A DNA stretch of 64,000 bases, taken from contig BDSY01000041.1 in NCBI GenBank assembly GCA_002897895.1, positions 36,276-100,275 of the forward strand, in the 5' to 3' direction. The translations under genes were made by a program, and so were the position numbers. The notes beneath the pieces are model-generated. The model had not been told where the DNA came from, made no database searches, and worked only from the letters and a program-made list of their open reading frames with translations. Below, in pieces: positions 20,332 through 30,793 of the stretch. This DNA is from a bacterium BMS3Abin06 (GTDB lineage Bacteria; Nitrospirota; Thermodesulfovibrionia; UBA6902). The first letter of the stretch is position 1; every line of letters begins with the position of its first letter.

Positions 20332-20797
20332 ATTCCCTTATTGAGTCGATTATCTCATCTGCTTTATTAAAATCCAGATTTTCGTAATGATCCGCATTAA
20401 TCATCATTGCCGGTGCATACCCGCATGCCCCGAGACATTCTACAGCCTCTAAGCTGAATAAGCCGTCCGGGGTTGATTCCCCCTCTCTGATACCGAGTTT
20501 TTTTGATATATAATCAAAGAGCGTCTCCTTTTCAATTAATGAGCATGAGACATTTGTGCAGACCTGAATATGATATTTGCCTCCTGGCTTTAAGTTCAGC
20601 ATTGAGTAAAAACTTGCAGTACTGAATATCCGCGCTTCCGGAAGATTTAATATTTCAGACAGATCCTCCATGTCGCTCCCGGAAATATAACCGTTTTCCT
20701 TTTGGATCAGACAAAGGGACGGCACAAGGGCAGAGTCTCTGCATGGAAACTTTTTCATAAACCCCGCAATGGTTATTCTTGTATCTTTGTCAATCAT
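20309..20797 (-). CDS. nuoE: NuoE-like [2Fe-2S] subunit
   Basis: CTNVSC...CLGAC; ATG 20797 overlaps the fdhA stop (ATGA). Confidence 0.9.
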   Translation of the reverse strand: MIDKDTRITIAGFMKKFPCRDSALVPSLCLIQKENGYISGSDMEDLSEILNLPEARIFSTASFYSMLNLKPGGKYHIQVCTNVSCSLIEKETLFDYISKKLGIREGESTPDGLFSLEAVECLGACGYAPAMMINADHYENLDFNKADEIIDSIREYENPAEK

Positions 20798-23484
20798 GCC
20801 TTCTCCAGACGTATGGCGCATGCCTTATATTCCGCTGTGCCTGCAACAGGGTCAAAGGCATTATTGGTAATAACATTTGCGCAGGCCTCATGAAAATGAA
20901 AAGTCATAAAACAGACTCCCGAAGGCACTCGGTCGGTTACCCATACCCTGACTTTTACCTTGCCTCTGCGTGAGACAGCCATTACATAATCTCTGTCTTT
21001 AACATCAAGTTTCCCGGCGTCTTCCGGATTTATTTCCATTAATTCTTCGGGATGTATTTCATCAAATCCCGCGCATCTTCTTGTCTGTGTTCCGGTGTGG
21101 TACTGCCAGAGACGTCTTCCGGTAGTAAGCACAAACGGGTATTCTTCATCAGGACACTCAGCAGCCGGTTTCCACTCTGCAGGATAAAATCTGGCCCGGC
21201 CTTTTGGGAATGATCCATTTTTGTAAAGGTATTTTGTTCCGGTATGTTCAATGTCCGGGCACGGCCACTGAATGCCTTCATGTTCAATTCTTTCATAGGT
21301 TATTCCGGAAACAGAAGGGGTTAATTGACGGATTTCTTCCCATATCTGCTCTGCTGATCCGTATCCCATATCGCAGCCCATCCGTCCGGCAATCTCACCC
21401 GTAATCCACCAGTCGTCCTTTGCCATCCCCGGTGGCTCCACGGCCTTTCTTACTCGCTGTATACGTCTTTCAGTGTTCGTAAATGTCCCTTCTGTTTCAG
21501 CATAGCATGCAGCAGGCAAAACAACATCTGCGTATTCTGTGGTTTCATTCATGAAAATATCCTGCACTATAAGCAGATCAACATTCTCCAGTGCCTTGAT
21601 AGTGTGTGCCTGATTCGGTTCAGACATCACGACATTTTCACCTGCCAGGTAGAGTGCCTTTACATCACCGCAATGGATACCGTCGAACATGGCGGGTATC
21701 TTTGTGCCCTCTGAATCCGGCAGGGATTTTACTCCCCAGGCCTCTATAAATTTTTTTATTATTTCAGGATCAGCCGCCTTTTGATAGCCGGTGTAGACAT
21801 CGGGCAAAACCCCCATATCGCAGGCGCCCTGAACATTGTTCTGTCCTCTCAATGGATTCACACCCCCGCTTTCGATCCCCACATTGCCGAGAAGCATCTG
21901 CAGGTTGGCACAGGTTCTGACATTATCAGTGCCGGTGATGTGCTCTGTAATCCCAAGAGTATAGAAGAGTGCGACTTTTTCAGCTTTGCCGAGGATACTG
22001 GCAAGCTCCCTGATCTCATCTGTTGTGAGTCCGCATATCCCGGAGGCATATTCAGGGGAATATCCGCTTACAGTTTCTTTTAATTGATCGAATCCATCAG
22101 TATATTTATCAACAAACTCTCTGTCATACCATTCATTTTTAATGATCTCATGCATAACTGCATTAAGGAGCGCTATATCAGAGCCGACCCTGTGCTGAAA
22201 ATGTCTCGCCGCCCATCGTGTGAGCTCTATTTTTCTTGGATCTATTACTATAAGCCGGCTTCCTTTTTTCACCGCCCTTTTCATGAAGTAGGAAATTACA
22301 GGATGGGACTCTGATGTATTGGAACCGATCACAACGATAACCGGCACATTTTCAATTTCACGGATGGAATTTGTCATTGCTCCTGCACCGAGCGTGGAAG
22401 CCAGACCGGCTACCGTGGGGGCATGTCAGGTTCGTGCACAGTGGTCAACATTATTTGTGCCGATAACTGCGCGCATGAATTTCATCATTACGTAGTTGCT
22501 CTCGTTTGTAGACCTTGCGCACCCGATTCCTACTATGGCATCAGGGCCGTGGGCTTTTTTTATTTCCAGGAGTTTCCCTGCGGTAAAATCCAAAGCCTCT
22601 TCCCAGCTTACTTCTTCCAGTTTTCCGTTCTTTCTCAAAAGAGGCGATTTCAGGCGGTCCGATGAATGGACAAAATCATATCCGAATCTGCCCTTGATGC
22701 AGAGCGCGCCGTAATTCGGCTCCACATCTTCAACCCCGCTTACCTTTATAATCTCATTCTCCTTTACATGGAGGTTTATCTGGCATCCGACTCCGCAGTA
22801 CGGACAGGTAGTTCTGCTTTTTTCTGTTTCCCATGCCCTGGCTTTTCCAACGGCCTTTTTTTCAATCAGCGCCCCGGTCGGGCAGAGCTGTACGCATTCA
22901 CCGCATACTGCACAGGAGGATTTGCCCATTGGTTTGTTTGTATCACAGATGACCGTCATTTTACTTCCCCGGAAACCCATATCAAGCACTTCATTAACCG
23001 TAATATCATTGCATCCGGTAATGCATCTGTAGCACTGGATGCATTTATTCATGTCCCTGATTATCATGGGGCTTGATGTATCAACAGGCATATCTTTTTC
23101 TACAACCGGGAAACCGGATTTTTCTATTCCGAGATAATACGCAACCTCCTGGAGCTCACAGACGCCGTTTGCCTCGCATGAAATGCAGTTGTGTTTTCCA
23201 TTTGAGAGGTATAGTTCAACAATCATCTTCCTGGTCTCGGCAATTCTCTTTGTATTCGTATGTATTACCATGCCGTCTTTTGCCTCAAGAGAACATGAGA
23301 CCTGCAGTCCAGGCATATGCTCAACTTCAACAACACAAATTCTGCACTTGCCTGCCTGTCCGGTTTTTGGATGGTAACAAAGGGTGGGGATATAAATTCC
23401 GTTCTGCCTTGCTGCATTCAGTATGGAATTTCCTTTTACAGCCTGAACGGGTTTGCCGTCAATGTGAAGGGATATCTTTTCCAA
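20794..23484 (-). CDS. fdhA: Selenocysteine-containing formate dehydrogenase alpha subunit (about 896 aa)
   Basis: The two track ORFs join in frame across TGA 22426-22428: DHCART-U-HAPTVAGL; NuoG-like N-terminal Fe-S domains; CPYCGVGC; PLRGQNNVQG. Confidence 0.95.
22395..22425 (-). promoter_or_regulatory. SECIS element of fdhA
   Basis: After UGA: CATGCCCCCACGGTAGCCGGTCTGGCTTCC, similar in layout to the E. coli fdhF SECIS (stem with GGTCT apex). Confidence 0.75.
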
Positions 23485-23503
23485 AATTTTGACAGATTAA
23501 CGA

Positions 23504-24445
23504 TTAAGGATCGGATCTTACTTTCCTGAAGTATTCAATAGTCTTTTTAAGCCCGTCCTCAAGTCTAACCTTAGGATTCCACTTGAGAGCCTTTTTGGCA
23601 AGAGTGATTTTAGGTTGACGCTGAGTAGGGTCATCATGCGGCAAGGGTTTGAAAATGATCCTGGATTTTGACCCGGTTAATTCAATAACCTTGTGGGCAA
23701 GTTCAAGAATTGTAAATTCCACCGGGTTGCCGAGATTTACCGGACCTGTAACATCATCCGGTGAGTTCATAAGTTTTACAAACCCGTCGATCAGGTCATC
23801 AACATAACAAAAGCTCCGTGTCTGTTTTCCTTTACCGTATACTGTAATGGGTTTTCCTTTCAGGGCCTGCATGATGAAGTTGCTCACCACACGGCCGTCA
23901 TCCGGATGCATCCTCGGGCCATAGGTGTTAAATATCCTTGCGACTTTTATTTTGAGATTATGCTGGCGATTGTAATCAAAGAAGAGAGTTTCGGCACACC
24001 GTTTCCCTTCATCATAGCATGAGCGGAAACCAATAGGATTTACATTACCCCAGTATGATTCCGGCTGAGGATGAATCCGGGGGTCTCCGTAAACCTCGGA
24101 AGTTGATGCCTGAAAAATTTTAGCCTTTACCCTCTTGGCAAGCCCGAGCATATTGATAGCGCCATTGACGGATGTCTTGGTTGTCTGAACCGGATCAAAC
24201 TGATAATGAATAGGTGAAGCCGGGCATGCGAGATTGTAAATCTCATCAACTTCAACATAAAGAGGAAAACAGATATCATGTCTGATAATTTCAAACAAAG
24301 GGTTTTTGAGATAGTTGACAATGTTAGACCGGCTGCCTGTATAAAAATTATCAACGCACAAAACTTCATGACCTTCATTCAACAATTTTTCACATAGATG
24401 TGATCCGAGAAAACCTGCACCACCTGTAATAAGTATTCTTTTCAT
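23504..24445 (-). CDS. UDP-glucuronate decarboxylase (UDP-xylose synthase family)
   Basis: [39 protein letters not shown]. Confidence 0.93.
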   Translation of the reverse strand: MKRILITGGAGFLGSHLCEKLLNEGHEVLCVDNFYTGSRSNIVNYLKNPLFEIIRHDICFPLYVEVDEIYNLACPASPIHYQFDPVQTTKTSVNGAINMLGLAKRVKAKIFQASTSEVYGDPRIHPQPESYWGNVNPIGFRSCYDEGKRCAETLFFDYNRQHNLKIKVARIFNTYGPRMHPDDGRVVSNFIMQALKGKPITVYGKGKQTRSFCYVDDLIDGFVKLMNSPDDVTGPVNLGNPVEFTILELAHKVIELTGSKSRIIFKPLPHDDPTQRQPKITLAKKALKWNPKVRLEDGLKKTIEYFRKVRSDP

Positions 24446-24525
24446 ATTGTCATCACCTCAGAAAATAGATTGTCTTCTAATATACACAAAATGAACAAAT
24501 TAGTTCATTATCTTTTTACATGGTC

Positions 24526-24661
24526 AGTAATTCCCGGTAAAAACCGGTGCAAGATTGCTTCATCGCTGAAGCTCTTCGCAATGACATCGCGAAAACCTTT
24601 TCTGTTATTGCGAGCGGAGAGAAGCAATCTCAATGCGTTACAAATTCACCGAAAATTGCCG
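24526..24661. repeat. Palindromic element, family D copy 1
   Basis: GATTGCTTC...CGCAATGAC / TTGCGAGCGGAG.GAAGCAATCTC with AATTCCCGGT termini; near-identical to 53100-53232. Confidence 0.8.
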
Positions 24662-24744
24662 GGTTTATTGCGGCTCCCCCGGACATCGGCAGGTTTAATT
24701 GAGGAATAAGCTCAAGACTTAATTTCATTCATCCGATATAAAGG

Positions 24745-25197
24745 TTGATGGATACTAATGGCCGCGGCAGAAGAAGACACAGACGGGTAACATTTGTCTA
24801 TCCCGTTGAATTCAGGATACTCTTGCCGGATTTTGAGAACAGGTCTTTCAGGGGGTTGTTTTCGCTTATATCATTGAGCGGAGCCTTGTTTCAGTTTAAA
24901 GATAAATACGGACTGATAGAAGCGGCTAAAGTTATTAATTCCCGCGTAAAACTCAAAATTGCACTGCCCCAGGGGGAGCAAATCTTCCTCTTTGCGAGGA
25001 TACGATCTGTGAGAAGAGCGGATTCAAAACACGACTTATCTTTCATGTTCGGGGTTGAATTCGAAGACCTGGCTGAATGGCAACTGGGAATAATCGAGAG
25101 TATCATCAGTTTGAGAAACAGGGATCAAAAAATGATGTGGAATCTCTGGGACGGCTACGCAGGGCAAGGTAAGAGGCAGGGAGAGCATGGAAGATGA
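24745..25197 (+). CDS. PilZ-domain protein
   Basis: RRRHRR motif, ISLSGA, FGVEF. Confidence 0.75.
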   Translation: MMDTNGRGRRRHRRVTFVYPVEFRILLPDFENRSFRGLFSLISLSGALFQFKDKYGLIEAAKVINSRVKLKIALPQGEQIFLFARIRSVRRADSKHDLSFMFGVEFEDLAEWQLGIIESIISLRNRDQKMMWNLWDGYAGQGKRQGEHGR

Positions 25198-26098
25198 ACT
25201 GAAAAAAAGGCTCTGGGCAATAGGCGGCGGCAAAGGGGGTGTCGGTAAAAGTATTACCACCGTGATGCTGGGCGCGATGCTGGCAAGGCTCGGGAAAAAG
25301 GTGCTTCTGGTAGATGCGGACCTCGGCGGCAGCAATTTGCATACATTTCTGGGGATCAGGTATCCTGCACATACACTCGCGGATTTTATTCACCGGAAGG
25401 TGGAAGACATAGATCACGTTATTATGGATACCCGGATTAAGAATTTAACACTTATCTGCGGCGCTGATGATATCCTTGGCCTGGCTAACCCCAAGTATAC
25501 CCAAAAAATGCGAATATTTAATCAATTAAAAAAAATAAAGGCTGATATGATCCTGCTTGATCTTGGCGCCGGGACATCTTTTACAACAATAGACTTCTTC
25601 CTTTATGCCCCAAATAAGATTATTGTCCTTTCTCCTGTTATTACTTCCCTGCAGAATGCCTACGGATTTATCAAGAGCAGCCTCTACCGCGGGATAAACA
25701 GGCTCTTCAGCAATGACCCGCAGTGCCTTGATCTTGTCAATAGAGGAATGGGTTTAGTTGAAGTTGACAGGATTGAATCTATAGATGAGTTGAAGAGCGC
25801 TGTCAGGTCCATAGGAGAAGAACAGCATAATAAACTCTCCGGATACCTTGATGAATTCAGGGTAAATCTTATCGTTAATAATGTAAAAAATGGCAATGAA
25901 ACCAATATTGGCTGCATCCTTCAGAGTGTTGCCAATAATTACCTCAGCCTGAATCCCGGGTATCTGGGACATATAAATTTCGACCCCATGCTGGATAAGC
26001 ATATCAACGAAATGTCGGCCTTTTCGAGCAATTGTGGTACCGGCATATCCGGCAGCTGCATCTACGACATAGCAAACAAGATCATAAAGCAGACCTGA
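25187..26098 (+). CDS. FlhG/MinD/ParA-family ATPase
   Basis: GGKGGVGKS deviant Walker A, DADLGGSNLH, DLGAG. Confidence 0.88.
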   Translation: MEDELKKRLWAIGGGKGGVGKSITTVMLGAMLARLGKKVLLVDADLGGSNLHTFLGIRYPAHTLADFIHRKVEDIDHVIMDTRIKNLTLICGADDILGLANPKYTQKMRIFNQLKKIKADMILLDLGAGTSFTTIDFFLYAPNKIIVLSPVITSLQNAYGFIKSSLYRGINRLFSNDPQCLDLVNRGMGLVEVDRIESIDELKSAVRSIGEEQHNKLSGYLDEFRVNLIVNNVKNGNETNIGCILQSVANNYLSLNPGYLGHINFDPMLDKHINEMSAFSSNCGTGISGSCIYDIANKIIKQT

Positions 26099-26159
26099 GA
26101 ATGCCCGGCTTGTCAGCCGGATTATCTGTGAGTAAACCCGGTCGGGTTGTCAGGAATAA

Positions 26160-27806
26160 CTATGCTGGGATGCTGTTTACGCGCTCATCATTCTTCAATG
26201 TTCCATCCGGATGATCTTCAGCGGTTTTACTTACTTTAAATCCTTTTGTGGAGTTCTTTAGCTCAGTTGCTACAATGGCAAGGTTTTGAATTTCATTAAA
26301 CACATCCTTTGACATCTTCTGCATATTGTTTGATATATCTGCTGTGCGATCTATGTTCCCTGCCACTTCACCTGCTGCTGCCGACTGCTCATCAACCGCT
26401 GTGGCAATCCGGGTTATCTGGTCACGAGCCCTTGCCACCGATTCTACAATGGATTGCAGGGAATTCCCGAGGTCCCTGATATATTCCGTTGCCTTTGTAA
26501 CCTCTTCTGATGCCTCCCCCATGGACCTGGTTGTCTGCTCGGATTCTTTCTGCACTACCCCGATTTTTTCTGATATCTCTGCGGTTGCCTTTATGGTGCT
26601 CTCTGCAAGTTTTTTCACTTCATCGGCAACAACTGCAAAACCCCTTCCCTGTTCGCCGGCCCTTGCAGCCTCAATAGCCGCATTAAGGGCAAGAAGGTTT
26701 GTCTGGTCTGCTATGCTGCTTATTACCGTTACTATCTCCCCTATTTCGAGTACGCTTTTATTCAGTTTTTCTATCTCTGCAGCAAGTTCTACGGTAGATG
26801 TGTAAACACGCTCCACTGTCTCTACAGTTCCGAGGGCCGCTTCTTTGCCTTTCTCAGCAGTATGAATTGCCTCAGAAGACGTGTCTGCCGCCACTAATGC
26901 ATTTTGCGCAATCTCTGTAATTGTCTGGCTCAGTTCCTCTGTGGCGGCGGCAGCCTGTGTTGTCTGATCATGCTGCTCCCGGGCCCCATTTGATGTCTGC
27001 TCCGCCCTCTCCTGCAAGATATCCACAGCAGATACAACTCTGGCAGATGATGCGAGTATGCGGTTTATTATATCACTGAAAGACTGAACCATTAAATTGA
27101 AGTTCCGGGCAATATCTCCTATTTCATTGTTTGCCCTGTAATCAACGCTTACTCCCAAATCTCCTTTGCCTACAGCGACTATCCTGCCCGATATGTTTTC
27201 AATAGGGCGTATTATTAATTTAAACAGCGCAACTCCCGCAAGGATCAGTATAACGACCGTAACTGAAGTTGAAACAATTATAAAAACACCTGTCCTCTTA
27301 AGAAATGCGCTGCGCTCTTCATTAACGCCGTCCAGGTTTTCCTGGTATATATTTGCCAGCCCCCCGATGAGCGGTTCGATGGAATCCGCAGCGACGCTGA
27401 AATTGTCCACATAATATTCCTGCTTTGATTCCGGATTCCCTATTTTGACAAGCTCATTGGCGCTCCGGAAGAGCTCCTGATTTTTACGGACGAGCGCTTC
27501 GACTATTACCTTCTCTTCAGCATCCATAGGCTTATGGCTCTCAAGGTATTTTGCCAGAGAGGATTTTTTGTGATCGAGCTCCCCTTCAAACGGCCAGTCC
27601 TCAATCACATAATCAGTCATCATATTCATCCAGGGAATAAGCTCCAGATAGCTTCGCATAAGATGATTCTTCATCTCCAACAAATGGTTTCCTCTCTCTT
27701 CCAGGGTCTTCAGTTTACCTGACATCAGGACAATATTCAGAACCATAACAACACTTATGGATACTATTGCCGTTATGCCAATGCTCACGGACTTTTTTAA
27801 GCTCAT
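26160..27806 (-). CDS. Methyl-accepting chemotaxis protein
   Basis: Two TM helices, [37 protein letters not shown]. Confidence 0.95.
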   Translation of the reverse strand: MSLKKSVSIGITAIVSISVVMVLNIVLMSGKLKTLEERGNHLLEMKNHLMRSYLELIPWMNMMTDYVIEDWPFEGELDHKKSSLAKYLESHKPMDAEEKVIVEALVRKNQELFRSANELVKIGNPESKQEYYVDNFSVAADSIEPLIGGLANIYQENLDGVNEERSAFLKRTGVFIIVSTSVTVVILILAGVALFKLIIRPIENISGRIVAVGKGDLGVSVDYRANNEIGDIARNFNLMVQSFSDIINRILASSARVVSAVDILQERAEQTSNGAREQHDQTTQAAAATEELSQTITEIAQNALVAADTSSEAIHTAEKGKEAALGTVETVERVYTSTVELAAEIEKLNKSVLEIGEIVTVISSIADQTNLLALNAAIEAARAGEQGRGFAVVADEVKKLAESTIKATAEISEKIGVVQKESEQTTRSMGEASEEVTKATEYIRDLGNSLQSIVESVARARDQITRIATAVDEQSAAAGEVAGNIDRTADISNNMQKMSKDVFNEIQNLAIVATELKNSTKGFKVSKTAEDHPDGTLKNDERVNSIPA

Positions 27807-27933
27807 ATTTTTTTCTCCTAACACTATATATACAGGACAATTATTGTGTGGAGAGCGCATAATCCACTCGGCATTGAAGTCAGTCTCTCACTTATGATGT
27901 ACACTTATTTGTGTTTTTTGTATTTGAAGTCCA

Positions 27934-28326
27934 TTAAGGTACTTTTACCTGAAACTCCATCCTGGTCAAAGACTTACCGGGTCTTTTTATGCTGACGGCA
28001 ACATTCCAGGGGCCGGACATTGAGAGGTTAATCTTTGCCTTATAACCTTCTCCGTCAAATTTCGCTCTGGCCTTGTATAACATGGGGGGCATATTTCCCA
28101 TGGGAGGCATTGAGTAATCGACCTTGATTTTTGCTTTTGTTACCGGAATCCCTTCTGAATCGGCGAGTACGATCTTCAAATTGTTTTCACCTGTCAGCGG
28201 CGGGTCATTCTCCATTAAAACCCTGATTTTGAGATCATCTGCATCTTTAACAATCTCATGTTGTGATGCCTGCAATGTCCCTGTCAGGAGAATTACCCCA
28301 AACAATAAAAGTAAAACCTTTTTCAT
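27934..28326 (-). CDS. YtkA/FixH-like exported protein
   Basis: Signal peptide, YSMPPMGNMPPM, LSMSGPW motif; AGGAG RBS. Confidence 0.75.
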   Translation of the reverse strand: MKKVLLLLFGVILLTGTLQASQHEIVKDADDLKIRVLMENDPPLTGENNLKIVLADSEGIPVTKAKIKVDYSMPPMGNMPPMLYKARAKFDGEGYKAKINLSMSGPWNVAVSIKRPGKSLTRMEFQVKVP

Positions 28327-28441
28327 AATCTCCTCCTATCTGTTAGTTGTAACATTTTTATTGATATGCCATGACGTATTTGTCGGCTGAATCAATGAAA
28401 AACTTTAGGGGAGGGTATGCCTGATAGTACTTTTGAATGCC

Positions 28442-28609
28442 TTAGTTGTCTTCCGCTCTTTCGTAATATTCCTGCGGAGAATGCGGGTAAGGCTCATGAA
28501 GGGTAAAATACTCCTCGTATTCCATGGAGTATGTATTGAGTTCAGTAGTAGAATTGACCCCGATTTTTTTTAATTGTGCTAATATCTCTTTTTTTGTCAG
28601 GGTAGCCAT
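28442..28609 (-). CDS. Small hypothetical protein, 55 aa (not in ORF track)
   Basis: MATLTKKEILAQLKKIGVNSTTELNTYSMEYEEYF...AEDN*; open frame in a long intergenic gap, no clear RBS. Confidence 0.35.
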   Translation of the reverse strand: MATLTKKEILAQLKKIGVNSTTELNTYSMEYEEYFTLHEPYPHSPQEYYERAEDN

Positions 28610-28828
28610 CTTTACATCATTTTCATAAAAATGCTCTTAACGGAAAGAGTTTTTCCATGAGATATTTTAATGTTTTCTTTGTAATTTCAATAATCTACGG
28701 ACTCAATAAAGGATTGAACCTGACCGGTAGACCAATACAAAACGATATATATTTACACAGGATCAGCAGGATGTCAAGTATTATTATCTAATTATTAGTT
28801 TAATTTATAATATATTAAATTATTCTCA

Positions 28829-29542
28829 TTACGCATCAGCCCGGGCAGGAGAAAAAAAGAGATTTTTAAAAATCGCGCGTATTATCCTGTAACCCACCAC
28901 TGCAATGCCTTTTATATTTCCCGTAATTTTAGACTTGCCTGTTCCGGCGCGGTAATTCACCGGAACCTCTGTAATCCTGTACCCGCTTCTGACTGCCTTG
29001 ACCTGCATCTCAATTGTCCAGCCCAGGTTGTCATTCATGTCCAGTTCCAGCAATTTAGCAAATTTGATAGCCCTGAAAGGACCGACATCCGTATATTTAA
29101 ATCCGTAAAAGAGTCTTATCAATACAGTTGCCAGAAGATTCCCGAAACGTACCGGGACTCTTAAGGCCCCTTCCTCAATCTTACCCATAATCCTCGATCC
29201 GCATACAAGATCGTAATCATCTCTCACCACAGGCTCAACAAGCTTGATTATCTCATCAGGGTGGTCGCTGTAATTCCCATCTAAAAACACCACAATATCA
29301 GGATTCTTTGTTTTAAGGTATTCAATCCCTCTCAGACAGGGGTATCCATAACCCCTCCGGGATTCAAATAAGAGGGTTGCCCCCCGTTCTTTCGCAATTT
29401 CAGGTGTTTTGTCACTGCTGCCGTTGTCTATTACCACAACCTCATCCACCAGATCACCCGGAATATCATTCAGAACAGCAGGAAGGGTTTTTTCTTCATT
29501 TAGCGCAGGAATTATTACAGCTATTTTTTTGTTGGATAGCAA
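28829..29542 (-). CDS. GT2 glycosyltransferase (DPM1-like, polyprenol-phosphate sugar synthase)
   Basis: IIPALNEE, DNGSSD, GYGYPC, FLDGN, GPFRAI. Confidence 0.88.
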   Translation of the reverse strand: MLSNKKIAVIIPALNEEKTLPAVLNDIPGDLVDEVVVIDNGSSDKTPEIAKERGATLLFESRRGYGYPCLRGIEYLKTKNPDIVVFLDGNYSDHPDEIIKLVEPVVRDDYDLVCGSRIMGKIEEGALRVPVRFGNLLATVLIRLFYGFKYTDVGPFRAIKFAKLLELDMNDNLGWTIEMQVKAVRSGYRITEVPVNYRAGTGKSKITGNIKGIAVVGYRIIRAIFKNLFFSPARADA

Positions 29543-29544
29543 TC

Positions 29545-30663
29545 TTATTTGTCCTCTTTTATTTTTAAAAGTTCCGTCCAGTTTTTTACATTAAAGACTA
29601 TATTGCATGCCTGGGCGCATTCAAAGGTACAGGAACATCTGAGGGCAATTTCTTTACGAAACCGGTCTGCTTTTCCGCTTCTGCAAATATCGACCAGTCT
29701 TTTCTCTGAATCCCCAATAAATCCGATTACCGCTTTATCCTTTACCTTGGACATTTCGCAGCCTACAACTGTACCATCAGGAAAGACTTCGACAAGCCTT
29801 CCTCCGGCAAGACAGGGATTATTGTAATAATCCCCATCCAGCTTTCTTAATACGTTCTTATAAAGAACACGGAAAATATTGCCTTTCAGATAGGTAGTAT
29901 TTGTTTTTCTGTCCTTTGTCAATTGTTTTTCAGCCAGTTTTCTGTAGTTGTCAACAAGGGACTGAATCGGCTTGCTTCCATTATTAACATCCCTTGGAAA
30001 AATTATTTCATGGAACTCAACCGGCCAACCTGTTGTTTCATCTAAAAATTTCTCTAATATATCAGCATTTTCCTGCAGCACAAGAGACTGTATTCTTATC
30101 CTTAAATTAGGGAAATTGCCCTTGAGCAGGTTCAATCCGGCAATTGTCTTACATGCCGCATCTGATGCGCCTTTTTTATTCCTCAGTCTGTCATGAATTC
30201 CTGAAGGCCCGTCAAGTGATATAGCTATTGTAAGATTAATATTTGATAATGCGGTCAGAATTTTCTCAACAACTCCCAGGATTTTTTCAGTACAATAACC
30301 ATTTGTATTAATGCTGATATCAGGGACCCCGGATGTTTCGGCAATTGCTATAACTAATTCATCAAGGTCATCCCGCATAAAAGGCTCACCGCCGGTAATT
30401 GTTACGTGCATTAGTGCCCGGGCGCCTTTAAGGGCGTTTGCCCATTGACCGGGAGAGAGTTCTTCCTTCTGCCGCATCTTTTGTGCAGCCTCGCAACAGA
30501 AACTGCAGCTCATGTTGCATTGTCCGGTGACAAAGGCTATCAGATAGTTCGGCATATCTCCACGGATAAACGCTCCTGCCAGGCGTGTGTACATTGTTGT
30601 GAATTGTATAACTCGTGATTTATAGAGTCCAAGTTCCTGCATAATTAATTCCTGACCGTTCAC
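29545..30663 (-). CDS. Radical SAM protein with C-terminal auxiliary-cluster cysteines
   Basis: CNMSCSFC, TGGEPF, CLAG...GCE...CSCTFEC. Confidence 0.85.
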   Translation of the reverse strand: MNGQELIMQELGLYKSRVIQFTTMYTRLAGAFIRGDMPNYLIAFVTGQCNMSCSFCCEAAQKMRQKEELSPGQWANALKGARALMHVTITGGEPFMRDDLDELVIAIAETSGVPDISINTNGYCTEKILGVVEKILTALSNINLTIAISLDGPSGIHDRLRNKKGASDAACKTIAGLNLLKGNFPNLRIRIQSLVLQENADILEKFLDETTGWPVEFHEIIFPRDVNNGSKPIQSLVDNYRKLAEKQLTKDRKTNTTYLKGNIFRVLYKNVLRKLDGDYYNNPCLAGGRLVEVFPDGTVVGCEMSKVKDKAVIGFIGDSEKRLVDICRSGKADRFRKEIALRCSCTFECAQACNIVFNVKNWTELLKIKEDK

Positions 30664-30793
30664 GGTTTCTCTCTTTTAAACTTTACGATTTTGCCCTTTT
30701 ACACCTGATTAGTTATGGTAATTATAACAATTATGAGAGATGAAAAAGAATAGCGGCTATTCCCCTCCTGTTTCAAACAGGAGAGCAGGGTAA

